IMG/VR virus record: IMGVR_UViG_3300031247_000001
Source: an uncultured virus (IMG/VR IMGVR_UViG_3300031247_000001)
Lineage: Duplodnaviria; Heunggongvirae; Uroviricota; Caudoviricetes
Strand: one strand, 5' to 3'
DNA: 64,000 nt
In this document: positions 50,226-59,295 of the stretch, in pieces
How positions within the stretch are numbered: position 1 is the stretch's first letter
How the letters are laid out: each line of letters begins with the position of its first letter
Notes under the pieces: model-generated
Databases searched by the model: none
What the model was told of the DNA's origin: nothing
Seen by the model: the letters and a program-made list of their open reading frames with translations, nothing else
Made by a program: the position numbers and the translations under genes

Positions 50226-50573
50226 ATGAGCAACGAGCAGATGCTTGACCAGATTGCGGGCCTCATCGCGGAGTCTCGGGTCGAGTTCCGGCAAGCCATC
50301 TCAGACCTCGAGCTCGAAATCAGAACCGGCTTTTCTGGGGTCAGGAAAAATCAGATCGTCCAGGAAGCCAAGCTCGATAGCCTCGAGTGGGAGTTCGATG
50401 AGTTGAAGAAGGTGCTGAAAGCTCAGGATCAGGCGCTCGATGGTCTGACGCAGCTCGGCAAGACCAACTTCGACATGAATGAGTCGATCCTGAAGGCGAT
50501 CCACGGTGAGTCGGGATCGGTCACAATTAGACATGGCGCAACTGAAGAGAGCAGCGGGGCTAACCCCCAGTAG
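50226..50573 (+). CDS. Small coiled-coil protein
   Basis: Heptad pattern; downstream of the promoter. Confidence 0.55.
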   Translation: MSNEQMLDQIAGLIAESRVEFRQAISDLELEIRTGFSGVRKNQIVQEAKLDSLEWEFDELKKVLKAQDQALDGLTQLGKTNFDMNESILKAIHGESGSVTIRHGATEESSGANPQ

Positions 50574-50928
50574 CCCTACGGTGCTCTTGGTAGATGACGA
50601 TGATCGGTACCTCGATTCACTCGCCAGGTTCTTGGAGGGAGACTCCGCGCGTCTCCTTCGTGCGCGGTCAGGGCTCCACGCACTCGAGCAACTGAAAACC
50701 GAAACCGTGTCGCTCGTGGTGAGCGACTATTGGATGCCCGGGATGGACGGCGTGCAGCTACTCGACGAGGTCATGCGTCTCTACCCGAGAGTTGGCCGAG
50801 TGCTGCTCACGGGCAGGCCCGACGCAGACATCGTGCTCGACTCGACGCGCCATCGGTTGCTCGTCAAGGGCATGGAGCCCGATTTGATTCGGCGGGTGAT
50901 CCTGCGGGAGGCTCGTCGCCATGGCTAA
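50533..50928 (+). CDS. Stand-alone response regulator receiver domain
   Basis: VLLVDDD, VVSDYWMPGMDG, LLTG and LVKG. Confidence 0.9.
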   Translation: MAQLKRAAGLTPSSPTVLLVDDDDRYLDSLARFLEGDSARLLRARSGLHALEQLKTETVSLVVSDYWMPGMDGVQLLDEVMRLYPRVGRVLLTGRPDADIVLDSTRHRLLVKGMEPDLIRRVILREARRHG

Positions 50929-51679
50929 CGACGATCGCTCGCGACCGACGCGGCCTCCGCTTCAGCGCGAAGAGGACTCGCCCCCGGGTCAGTATCGCGA
51001 GCCCGGGCGACCGATCCCTGAGGCGATCGGGAAAATCGCGCTTCGTGCGCCCCGGGTGACGGTGCCAAGTCAGCACGAAGAAGTGCTCCGCGCATTGGCC
51101 TCTACCGAAGGTCGGATGCTCGCCGAGATGAGCGATCTGCGTGACGAAGAACAAGCCCGTCAGATCGCTCGCCAGCAGGCCTTCGAGGATGAGATCCGGA
51201 GCTCGCTTCGGGAGCTCGTCGTGCGCGAGGTGCGGTCGATCCCGCCGCCACCCGCGGAGCCAAAGAAGCGCTTTGAATGGGCGCACCTGCAGTACGTGGC
51301 GGCCTTCGTCGTGGCCCTGACCGGGCTCATCGCGCTCATCCTGGGCGCGCAAAAGCCGAGCGCCGAGGTCACCAAGCGCTTCGATGAGATCGACAAGAAG
51401 CTCGATCTCAGTAGCTCAAAGCTCGAGGCGCACATCGAAGCGGAGTCCGCGCAGCGATCGGCAGACCGCGAGCAGGACTACAAATACAACTTGGACGTGC
51501 GGAGCTGGGTCACGGACGTGCTCGAGCGTGCGGCGAGCGTGAAGATCGACGATCCGCCGGGCACGCCGAAGCGCGACCAGCTCGGCTTCTACCCAGCGCC
51601 GCGCATTGACTCGCACAAGATCACCGACACCCACATCGTGCAACCGCGCGATCCCTATCCCGTGCCTCCGCCACCCTGA
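50921..51679 (+). CDS. Single-pass membrane protein with coiled coils
   Basis: TM YVAAFVVALTGLIALILGA. Confidence 0.65.
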   Translation: MANDDRSRPTRPPLQREEDSPPGQYREPGRPIPEAIGKIALRAPRVTVPSQHEEVLRALASTEGRMLAEMSDLRDEEQARQIARQQAFEDEIRSSLRELVVREVRSIPPPPAEPKKRFEWAHLQYVAAFVVALTGLIALILGAQKPSAEVTKRFDEIDKKLDLSSSKLEAHIEAESAQRSADREQDYKYNLDVRSWVTDVLERAASVKIDDPPGTPKRDQLGFYPAPRIDSHKITDTHIVQPRDPYPVPPPP

Positions 51680-51689
51680 GAGAAAGCCC

Positions 51690-52157
51690 ATGCAAGAGCT
51701 CACCGATCTTTACCAAAGCCTCGTGACCCGGAACTGGTTTGCCGTTGCGGCCTTTACGATCATGCTCGGCATCCAGATCGGAAAGACCACCGTGGGGTCC
51801 GAGCTCTACGCCAAGATCCCGAACGGCTACCGCTTCCTCGTGCCGGTGCTGCTCGCGTCGGGGACGGCGTTCGTGCATGGTTTCGCGGCGCACGAGAGCC
51901 TCGGGGCCTCGGTGTTCGATGCGATGAAGATCGCGCTCGGGGCCATGGGGGGAGCTGCGGCCCTGAAGGAGTCGCCGCTGCCGTGGGGAGGCGGCCCAGG
52001 GGGAACGCCCGCGCCGAAGAAGGGCCAGGCGACGGCGCCCGCCCGGCGCGCGTCGCCGCCCTTCCCTGGGCTTCGTGATGCAGATCTCGACGACGATGAC
52101 AAGACGCCGGTCGACAGAAAGCCGCCTCCGCCGAGCGATCCCCCGTCCGCCGCCTGA
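51690..52157 (+). CDS. Multi-pass small membrane protein, holin candidate
   Basis: 2-3 hydrophobic helices and a charged Pro-rich tail. Confidence 0.45.
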   Translation: MQELTDLYQSLVTRNWFAVAAFTIMLGIQIGKTTVGSELYAKIPNGYRFLVPVLLASGTAFVHGFAAHESLGASVFDAMKIALGAMGGAAALKESPLPWGGGPGGTPAPKKGQATAPARRASPPFPGLRDADLDDDDKTPVDRKPPPPSDPPSAA

Positions 52158-52201
52158 GGCTTGCCTTTCACGTAGGGCAAGTGGTACTTTTCTCCCCAGC
52201 C

Positions 52202-52639
52202 ATGAGCCAATACGACGAGGACCTCCCCGACCAGAACTTTGGCGCGCTTGGGGGGCTCGGGACCGAGGCCTTCGAGAAGATCACCAATTCCGTTGCCCCC
52301 GACGGGCTCCATACTCGGTGCTACTGCGAATTTTGCGGCACCAAGAACGAAATCATCTCGAGCTGGCCCGAGGTCATCGTCGGCTCCCTCTCGCTCGTGC
52401 CGCCCGACTGGTACGTGGACCGAGGCAATGGCGCGCTCTATCCGCGCGTCGGCTGCGCCAACAACGGCTGTCGTCGCGAGATCGGCATTCGCTACGCCCC
52501 GCAGGAGCTCGCCCGCTACGTCGCCTCGGGGCTCGGGAGCAACGTCGTCTACCTTGCGCCCAATCAGCCGCCCGCTACTCCGCAGCAGGTGGAAGGGTTT
52601 AAGCAGCAGATGCTCCAGGCGGCTGGCGGTCGGCGATAG
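52202..52639 (+). CDS. Zn-binding hypothetical protein
   Basis: CEFC..CANNGC. Confidence 0.6.
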   Translation: MSQYDEDLPDQNFGALGGLGTEAFEKITNSVAPDGLHTRCYCEFCGTKNEIISSWPEVIVGSLSLVPPDWYVDRGNGALYPRVGCANNGCRREIGIRYAPQELARYVASGLGSNVVYLAPNQPPATPQQVEGFKQQMLQAAGGRR

Positions 52640-52642
52640 GGA

Positions 52643-53230
52643 TTGATGACGAAGCGAGCGACGGCTCGGTCGGTGCCGCCGCCGGCCCCCCCAGAGCGAG
52701 GGCAGTGCCTCCCGCGCGTGGAGGAAGAGCCCCTCAGCGCTGAAGAGGCGTACGTCGTCCTCGAGCCTTACTTCGAAGTGGTCCGCGAGGAGTACCTCGC
52801 TCAGGGCTTCAAGAAGTGTAAACGCACGCGTCTCTTCATCGCGCCCGCGATGCACGACTCGCCGCGCCACTTTGGCGCCTGCAAAGACGATGGGTCTGCG
52901 ATCTTGCTCGCCCCCGAGCTCGCGGACGTGGCCGACACCGTGATGCTCGCGATCATGGCGCACGAGTTTGGGCACGCGACCGATTTCCTCTACCCGGGCG
53001 AGTTTGTGCTCGGGCGGAGTGGCCCGGCGCTGCGGCGGCAGCGCGCGGAGGTCGAGGAAAAGCAGTGGAGCAAATGGCTGAAAGCCTGGCACCGCCGCGA
53101 CGAAGACGTGGTGGAGATCACGGCGGACGCCATCGCTGAGCGCGTGATGGGGGTGCCCTACGGCTACCAGGGACCCTGCTGGATCCAAAGCTTTGACGCC
53201 GCAGAAGCGCGGCCCATGGGACTCCGATGA
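52643..53230 (+). CDS. HExxH metallopeptidase-like protein
   Basis: IMAHEFGHATD...VEITADAIA. Confidence 0.7.
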   Translation: MMTKRATARSVPPPAPPERGQCLPRVEEEPLSAEEAYVVLEPYFEVVREEYLAQGFKKCKRTRLFIAPAMHDSPRHFGACKDDGSAILLAPELADVADTVMLAIMAHEFGHATDFLYPGEFVLGRSGPALRRQRAEVEEKQWSKWLKAWHRRDEDVVEITADAIAERVMGVPYGYQGPCWIQSFDAAEARPMGLR

Positions 53231-53442
53231 CCGACGAATCTCCGCAAACGTTTCCGACCATCGAAGCAGTCATCGCAGCTCACATCCGCTCGGTGCTCAT
53301 CGCTACCCGTTGGAACTGCTCCGAATCCGCCCGGATCCTCGGCATCGATCGGCGCACGATCTACAGGCAGATCGCGCGCTACAAGATCGAGCGACCCCCG
53401 GAAGAGAAAAGCCCCGCGCCGAGCTCGGCCTGCGGGGAGTAG
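53227..53442 (+). CDS. Fis-type HTH protein
   Basis: HIRSVLIATRWNCSESARILGIDRRTIYRQIARY. Confidence 0.85.
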   Translation: MTDESPQTFPTIEAVIAAHIRSVLIATRWNCSESARILGIDRRTIYRQIARYKIERPPEEKSPAPSSACGE

Positions 53443-53453
53443 ACTTCTCTCGC

Positions 53454-54155
53454 ATGCCAGTGGCAGCGCCTGAACAGCGCGGAAGTAACCCGCGTCCCGG
53501 TGACGATCCCAACGAGGTCGTCAAGCAGTGGACGCCGCTCGTGAAGATGCTGGCGCGCTCGTACAGTAAGCACCTCGGTCGCTGGTACGAGTTTGATGAT
53601 CTCGTCGCGATTGGTCAGGAGGCGCTCTGGGGGTGCATTTCGTATTGGAGAGAAGACGGCGGCGCCATCTTCAAGACCTTTGCGTACCATGCGATCGTGC
53701 ATCGGTTTGAGGCGATCAAAAAGTACTGGAGGAGCAACAAGCGTCGGGGGTCGATCTACTCTGACAGCATCGAAGACCCCGGCGAAGGTCGCCCGCGGAC
53801 CGAGCTCAGCATCGAGGCCGATGACCAGGCGCTCGATCACCAGCGCGCTCTCTCGGGCCTCCGGCAAGCATTTGGTGGGCTACAGCCCCGCGAGGGTTAC
53901 GTGCTAGAGGAGCGCTTCCTCGGCGATCGGTCTCTAAAAGAAGTCGGGCAGGCGCTCGGGGTTTCCCGGGAGCGGGCGCGTCAACTCGAGCGGCGCGGGC
54001 TCCAGAAATTGCGGAGATCGCTCATGGAGATCATCCCGGAGCTCCGGGATGCGCCTCCGGTCTCGAGCGGAGCCAGGGCCCGCTCGAGGACGGACGCCGA
54101 GGTGGGGCGCTGCAATCAGCAGCGCGCCCGACGAAAAGTTGCCCTCGGGCCCTGA
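53454..54155 (+). CDS. Sigma-70 family sigma factor (regions 2 and 4)
   Basis: DDLVAIGQEALW, FKTFAY and SLKEVGQALGVSRERARQLERRGLQKLR. Confidence 0.88.
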   Translation: MPVAAPEQRGSNPRPGDDPNEVVKQWTPLVKMLARSYSKHLGRWYEFDDLVAIGQEALWGCISYWREDGGAIFKTFAYHAIVHRFEAIKKYWRSNKRRGSIYSDSIEDPGEGRPRTELSIEADDQALDHQRALSGLRQAFGGLQPREGYVLEERFLGDRSLKEVGQALGVSRERARQLERRGLQKLRRSLMEIIPELRDAPPVSSGARARSRTDAEVGRCNQQRARRKVALGP

Positions 54156-54167
54156 GTCACGTAGGCT
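54134..54167 (+). promoter_or_regulatory. Conserved promoter AAAAG-TTGCCC-N17-TAGGCT
   Basis: Recurrent motif. Confidence 0.55.
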
Positions 54168-54174
54168 TTTGTCT

Positions 54175-54801
54175 ATGGCTGACGCGCCGAAGAAGCAAAA
54201 GCACCCGTATGGAGCGATGTTCTGGGGGGTGCTGGGCCTCGCCGCGGCTTTCCGCGCGCTCTATCACCCTTGGCGAGTCCTGGTGAAGGACGGGTTTGCA
54301 TCGCGCTGCTCGGGCGACGGGTCGTGCGATCCGTCGATGACGGTTACGTCCTTCCAGGGTCAGACCGAGGTCTACTGCCCGGTGCGCGGCGTCGTCGTAT
54401 CCCAGAAGCCCGGGCGCCTCTTGATCGTGCCGGACGACGAGGCCGTCGTGCTCGAGTACAACGGAGATCCGGCGACGTTCTTGACGCAACTCGTGGCGGG
54501 CGCGCCCGTCGGCGCGGGTCAACAGATTGGGCTCGCGAGTCAATTCACTTTCGCGGTCTGGACGCTCGGTCGCACGACGACCGGCAGCCCGCAGATGGGC
54601 GCCGCCATCGAGCCCGCATCGTGGCTCACGACGCACGGCGCGAAGATCAGCGCCAAGTACCACGTGCCGAGCCCGCAGGCCGCCTGGTGCTCCACGGGTC
54701 GAAAGCTCGTCGCGCCCCAGACGATCGCGAGCCAATGCGGCACGGTGCTTCCGGCGCCGAGCGGCTACGCGCTCCTGCCGACCTCCGTCACGATGGGGTA
54801 A
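54175..54801 (+). CDS. Membrane-anchored protein with degenerate M23 peptidase-like fold
   Basis: VYCPVRGVV, VAGAPVGAGQQIG and IEPASWL; no HxxxD/HxH ligands. Confidence 0.45.
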   Translation: MADAPKKQKHPYGAMFWGVLGLAAAFRALYHPWRVLVKDGFASRCSGDGSCDPSMTVTSFQGQTEVYCPVRGVVVSQKPGRLLIVPDDEAVVLEYNGDPATFLTQLVAGAPVGAGQQIGLASQFTFAVWTLGRTTTGSPQMGAAIEPASWLTTHGAKISAKYHVPSPQAAWCSTGRKLVAPQTIASQCGTVLPAPSGYALLPTSVTMG

Positions 54802-55028
54802 GCCGTGGCGTCGGGCTCGGATCTCAATGAGCTATTTGCCCATGAGCTTGGGGCAGATCTCAACGGCGATCCGGAGCTCCGCTACGAGGTCACCGAGACG
54901 CGTGCGACGCTGCGCGAGTGGGTGGCTGAAAAAGTGCGCGAGCAGACCGATAGCGATGAGATGTCGCGCGCGGTGAAGCGATTCATTCGGGCGCGCCTGA
55001 GCGTCTCCAAGGTCATGGAGTTTTTCTG

Positions 55029-55370
55029 ATGCTCGGCGTGGCCACCACGAGCCCAACGCCGATGCCCGCGATCAGCTCGGGCACGCAAGAGCTCATTGCG
55101 TATGGCTTGCTCCTCGGCGGCGCCGTCGTCGTCGGCAAACTCATGATCGATGGGCTCGTGGGCGACATGGACGCCGCGAAGGCAAGGAGGGAGTTCATTG
55201 GGCCGGTGTACGAGCCGCCGAAGCCGCCCAGGGATTTGCACGTGCAGCTGAGTGACGTGGTGAAGTTTCTGGCCATGAGCGCGAGCGTGTACTCGCTCAT
55301 TGCGGAGCTGCCGACGCTCGTGAGCCAATGGGGCTCGGTCGAGGCGCAGATCGAGAATTTGGTGAAGTGA
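55029..55370 (+). CDS. Small membrane protein
   Basis: Hydrophobic helix; TGATG-coupled. Confidence 0.5.
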   Translation: MLGVATTSPTPMPAISSGTQELIAYGLLLGGAVVVGKLMIDGLVGDMDAAKARREFIGPVYEPPKPPRDLHVQLSDVVKFLAMSASVYSLIAELPTLVSQWGSVEAQIENLVK

Positions 55371-55768
55371 TGCGACTCACCGATGAATGGTTTGAGGCTC
55401 AGTTTTACGGGGAGGCGACCGCCAAGGGTCATCGTTATTTGCCGAGCATCGAAGGAGCGCAGGGACTCTTCCTCTGGTGTCCTTGCGGCTACGGCAAGGC
55501 GGAGTTTCCGCTCGATGGAGGACGCCCGCACGGCGTCATGGTCCCCTTCTCGACCCCCCGCAATGCCCCGGAGCTTCCGTCGGATCATGGCCCACAGTCG
55601 GCGGCCAACCCCGATGGTCCGCGGCCGCGCTGGGCAATGACCGGGACGAGCCTCGAAGATCTCTCGACGACGCCGTCGGTCGCGGTCGGCGGCAGGCCCG
55701 CGCAGGGTGACAAGCCTGCGGTGCCGCCCTGCTGGCACGGGTACATCACCGGTGGTGAGGTCACATGA
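55370..55768 (+). CDS. DUF6527-like Cys/His protein
   Basis: WCPCG, TTPSV and CWHGYITGG. Confidence 0.6.
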   Translation: MRLTDEWFEAQFYGEATAKGHRYLPSIEGAQGLFLWCPCGYGKAEFPLDGGRPHGVMVPFSTPRNAPELPSDHGPQSAANPDGPRPRWAMTGTSLEDLSTTPSVAVGGRPAQGDKPAVPPCWHGYITGGEVT

Positions 55769-56517
55769 GCAAGATGAGCTATGCCGAAGCGCGCGCCTAC
55801 GTGAGCCAAGCGTTTATCGAGGAAGAGGGCCGTCCGGGCGCGCGCTCGGAGCTTCAGTGCCTCCAAGGGATCGGCGATCTCGAGACGGGCTTCGGATCGA
55901 CTTGGACGGGCCCGGGCATCGGCAGCTTCAACATGGGCGCGATCCAGAAGGGCGGCTGGACGGGAGCGGTCTTCAGCTACACCGACACGCACCCCAATCC
56001 TGATGGCACGAGCACGCCCTACACGATCGATTTTCGGAAGTACGCGTCGGCGACCGATGGCTTCAAGGATCTGGCCAAGGTCGTCTACGACGCCTTCGAG
56101 ATCAGGCGCGAGGCGCTTGCCTGCGCGAGCCGCGGGGATATTTTGGGGTTCTCGACGGCGCTCCACACGCCTCCGGTCTACTACGAAGGCTTCGGTGCCA
56201 CCGACCAGGAGCGCATCGCTCACCACTACAATGCGGTCCTCGCGAGCATCCAGCGGCAGTGCGCGGCGCTCGGCGAGCCCATGCCGACCCTCGAGCCGCT
56301 CCCTGTCATCGCGCCGGCGCTCTTCATCGGCTGCACGGGCGAGGCCGTGAAGGTTTGGCAGAAGATCGTGGGCGCCAAGCCCGAGGATGGGATCTTCGGG
56401 GGCGGCACGCAGACAGCCACGCGTGTCTGGCAAAAGGCGCACGGCTTGCCCCAGAGCGGCATCGTGACGCAGGCGGAGCTCGTAGCGGCGGGGCTCGCGC
56501 CATCATCGTCAGCGTGA
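55765..56517 (+). CDS. Endolysin-like protein: glucosaminidase/lysozyme-like domain plus peptidoglycan-binding domain
   Basis: LETGFG, FNMGAI and FRKYAS; C-terminal GEAVKVWQ..DGIFGGGT..WQKAHGL..SGIV. Confidence 0.75.
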   Translation: MSKMSYAEARAYVSQAFIEEEGRPGARSELQCLQGIGDLETGFGSTWTGPGIGSFNMGAIQKGGWTGAVFSYTDTHPNPDGTSTPYTIDFRKYASATDGFKDLAKVVYDAFEIRREALACASRGDILGFSTALHTPPVYYEGFGATDQERIAHHYNAVLASIQRQCAALGEPMPTLEPLPVIAPALFIGCTGEAVKVWQKIVGAKPEDGIFGGGTQTATRVWQKAHGLPQSGIVTQAELVAAGLAPSSSA

Positions 56518-57090
56518 TTGAGATGCAATCTCAATCAAAAACTGAGCGAAAGCGATCGGGGTCGCGCTGGCCTCGCGTTTGCCCAAGGTGGGCTTAATGC
56601 GGTCAAACCAGCCGCACTGTGCTTCGCCCGGCAGCTGAAGCCATGACGGCGCGACCGGCTTTGCGATTGAACAGGCAAAAAGCCAGGTGCGTTTTCTGGC
56701 CCGATGGCCATAGGCGCTTTGCCATACTTCGGTGGTCCACTCGCCCTCCGCAGCATTCTGCCAGCCGATCCCGAGTGGTCTCGGCAGCCCATGAGCAGCC
56801 CAAGCGCGCGACGAGGCCGGGTGCTCCAGCACGCCTCCGACTCTGCGCACGGTTGCGAGCGCGGCCGCAAAGCATCCCCCGTCATTGCCGGGGAGATTAT
56901 GGTCGCCGCCGTAGCGTTTGAAATTCAAGCGCGCGATGTTTGTCCAAAGCTGGCAAGGCGGATGCGCGACTACCGGAAATAGTCCTGTGTATGTTCTGGC
57001 GTCCCGCGCTTGATCCCAGCACTGCTCTGCTCCGAGCAGTGCTGGGTAGATCCCGTCTGGATCGACGAAGAGTGCTGCGACCTTCGTCAA
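56509..57090 (-). CDS. Short C5 DNA-methyltransferase-like protein
   Basis: AALFV, DAR, VAHPPC, VLEHP and YGHRARKRTWL parallel motifs I, IV, VI and VIII. Confidence 0.55.
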   Translation of the reverse strand: MTKVAALFVDPDGIYPALLGAEQCWDQARDARTYTGLFPVVAHPPCQLWTNIARLNFKRYGGDHNLPGNDGGCFAAALATVRRVGGVLEHPASSRAWAAHGLPRPLGIGWQNAAEGEWTTEVWQSAYGHRARKRTWLFACSIAKPVAPSWLQLPGEAQCGWFDRIKPTLGKREASATPIAFAQFLIEIASQSR

Positions 57091-57097
57091 GAGTGCG

Positions 57098-58462
57098 TCA
57101 CCATGGCCGCTCCTTCAGCTGCGGGAACATCGCCATCGCCCGCAATCGATCGACCTCCCCGAGCTCTACCTGCCGCTCCTCGGCGGTGCGGTTTGATGCC
57201 CAGCTAGCTTGCAGGTTGTAGACGCTCAAGATCTGATAGATGCACGTGTAGCGCGCGCCCGCCATCTCGAGCAGCGGCCACATGACGGCCTTGTCGATGG
57301 CGAGCGAGACCCAAGAGCCGTCGGGACGAAATAGGCAAGAAGGCGCGACGCCCGGACCGTTCGCGAGCTTCTTTGCTAGACCCGCCCGGAACGTCTTCAG
57401 GTGGGTCGCTCGCCAGTCCGAGTACCGCACGCGTGCGCCGAGCGCATAGGGAGCCGCAAACCCGACCTCCCCATCGGAAAACATGAATTGTCCGTAGGTG
57501 AGCCAAGGCTCGGCCTTCGCGGCATAGGCGAGCGCCAAGACCTCGAGCGCGCGATCGTGCGCTAGCCAGTCGTCGCCATCGAGCCAGACGATGACTTCGT
57601 CGTCGGGGAGATCTTTCCAAACCGACCAGCAGTTTTCGAGCGCGGAGAGGCGCTCGGGGTTTCGGATCACGGTGAGCTGCTGATCCGTTTCCATATTGAA
57701 GAGCGCGATCTCGCTCGTGCGGTCCTCGCTCTTGGCGTCGATGACGACGTGGGTGTAGTTCCGGAAAGTTTGATCGAGCACGCTGTCGAGGCACTTCTGG
57801 ATCCAGCGCTCGGCGTTGAGCGCGGTCGACACGATCGTCATGTGCAGGGGCTTACCGCTCTTCACGAGCACGCAGAAATTGTGGCGCCCCATCCAGTGCT
57901 GGGCCTGGTGCACCTCCATGAGTGAGCGGAGCTGCGCCGTGCGCGCCTCGTCCAGCGTCCATCCATGAATGCGAAAGCGCGTGAGCCAGTACTCGGGCGG
58001 CTGCAAGTTGATGTGGCCCTCCCATTCCTGACCGGGCGCTGCCGCCGACCACACGATCACGTCCGTCGCGTGCACTGCGACATTTTCGACGATGGCGAGC
58101 GAATGCTGCTCGGAGATGTGCTCGGCCGTCTCGGTGCAGATCACGCAGGAATACTTGGCAACGGCGCCAGCCCCTTGCAGGGTTTGGGTCAAGTCAAACC
58201 GTTGCACCTCGACCCCCGGCTCGATCATCTCGATCGCGTGCGGCGAGTACTCCGCCCCGATCGTGCCCTCCCACCCGAGCTCGATCAGGCGAGCGGTCTG
58301 TAGGCCGATACCGCACCCGATGTCGAGGCAGCTCGGTTGCTGCCCGACTACCGCGTGGATGCAATCGGCGAGCTTTCGGTAGTTGTCGCGGCACTCGCGC
58401 ATTTGCTCGAAAAATGCCTGGTCATGCGGGTCTCGATTGGCTTGATTTTCAGTGTTTCCCAT
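57098..58462 (-). CDS. SAM-methyltransferase fused to GT2 glycosyltransferase
   Basis: LDIGCGIG, ETAEHI and GHINLQ; then NAERWIQKCLDSVLDQT and WLDGDDWL. Confidence 0.85.
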   Translation of the reverse strand: MGNTENQANRDPHDQAFFEQMRECRDNYRKLADCIHAVVGQQPSCLDIGCGIGLQTARLIELGWEGTIGAEYSPHAIEMIEPGVEVQRFDLTQTLQGAGAVAKYSCVICTETAEHISEQHSLAIVENVAVHATDVIVWSAAAPGQEWEGHINLQPPEYWLTRFRIHGWTLDEARTAQLRSLMEVHQAQHWMGRHNFCVLVKSGKPLHMTIVSTALNAERWIQKCLDSVLDQTFRNYTHVVIDAKSEDRTSEIALFNMETDQQLTVIRNPERLSALENCWSVWKDLPDDEVIVWLDGDDWLAHDRALEVLALAYAAKAEPWLTYGQFMFSDGEVGFAAPYALGARVRYSDWRATHLKTFRAGLAKKLANGPGVAPSCLFRPDGSWVSLAIDKAVMWPLLEMAGARYTCIYQILSVYNLQASWASNRTAEERQVELGEVDRLRAMAMFPQLKERPW

Positions 58463-58536
58463 TGCGTGAGACAGTAGCGTGCTATCTTCGGGAAGGAAAG
58501 CCGAAAGCCCGCAGTAGCACGGGGGAGGAGATCGCC

Positions 58537-59295
58537 ATGAAGAGTTTGTTTTTGGTTTGCCTCATCGTCGCCATGACTGCCTGCGGCGCGCCGTTCACGG
58601 CGGAGTCGTTTACCGATAGCGGGAGCGCCGGTGCCATCGGGGCTCCGGCGGCACCGAGCGCAGGCGCGGCCGGCGCCGAGCCGCGCGAGGATGCCGGCGG
58701 AGCGACGAGCATCCCGCTCGAGTCAGCTGGCGCCGCCGGCGCCGCCGGCGCGCCTGACCTAGGCTCCGCCGGCGCGCCGAGCGTCGACCCGCCGCCGCTC
58801 TACACGCCGCCCCCGTGCTCCACCGACCAGAACGTCACCGGCGGCTACGACGGATCGCTCAGCGCCGCCCCTGCCTGCCTCCGCACCAAGGAGGCCCTCA
58901 ACACCGTTGCTTGTGCCAACTGGGACGGGCGATCGATCACCGTCAACGGCGCCGCGGCGACCTGCGGCGTCCCGCTCTCCTTCCCGGAGAGCGTCGATGG
59001 CTTCACGTACATCGATCTCGGCCCGGGGACGAGCTCTGGCGTCGCGCTCCGGTGGTTTTTGACAGCGCCCGCCCCAAACCCCTGCGACGCGCGTTGGTGG
59101 ACCCAGGGCGACCTCTACGCCCCGAACGAAATCATGCTCGATGTCTGCGACGCGCCCGGGAGCGAAAAGAGCTGCGAGCTCGGCAAGACCTACGCCTTCT
59201 CGTGCCTCGACACCCCGACCAGCCGGTGCACCAGCACGGGGCCCGGCGCAAGCGGCTGGACTTCGAGCTGGGCGCTGGTTACCCTCTGCAAGTAA
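58537..59295 (+). CDS. Cys-rich lipoprotein
   Basis: GGAGG RBS; lipobox MTAC; Gly/Ala linker; Cys-rich domains. Confidence 0.75.
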   Translation: MKSLFLVCLIVAMTACGAPFTAESFTDSGSAGAIGAPAAPSAGAAGAEPREDAGGATSIPLESAGAAGAAGAPDLGSAGAPSVDPPPLYTPPPCSTDQNVTGGYDGSLSAAPACLRTKEALNTVACANWDGRSITVNGAAATCGVPLSFPESVDGFTYIDLGPGTSSGVALRWFLTAPAPNPCDARWWTQGDLYAPNEIMLDVCDAPGSEKSCELGKTYAFSCLDTPTSRCTSTGPGASGWTSSWALVTLCK

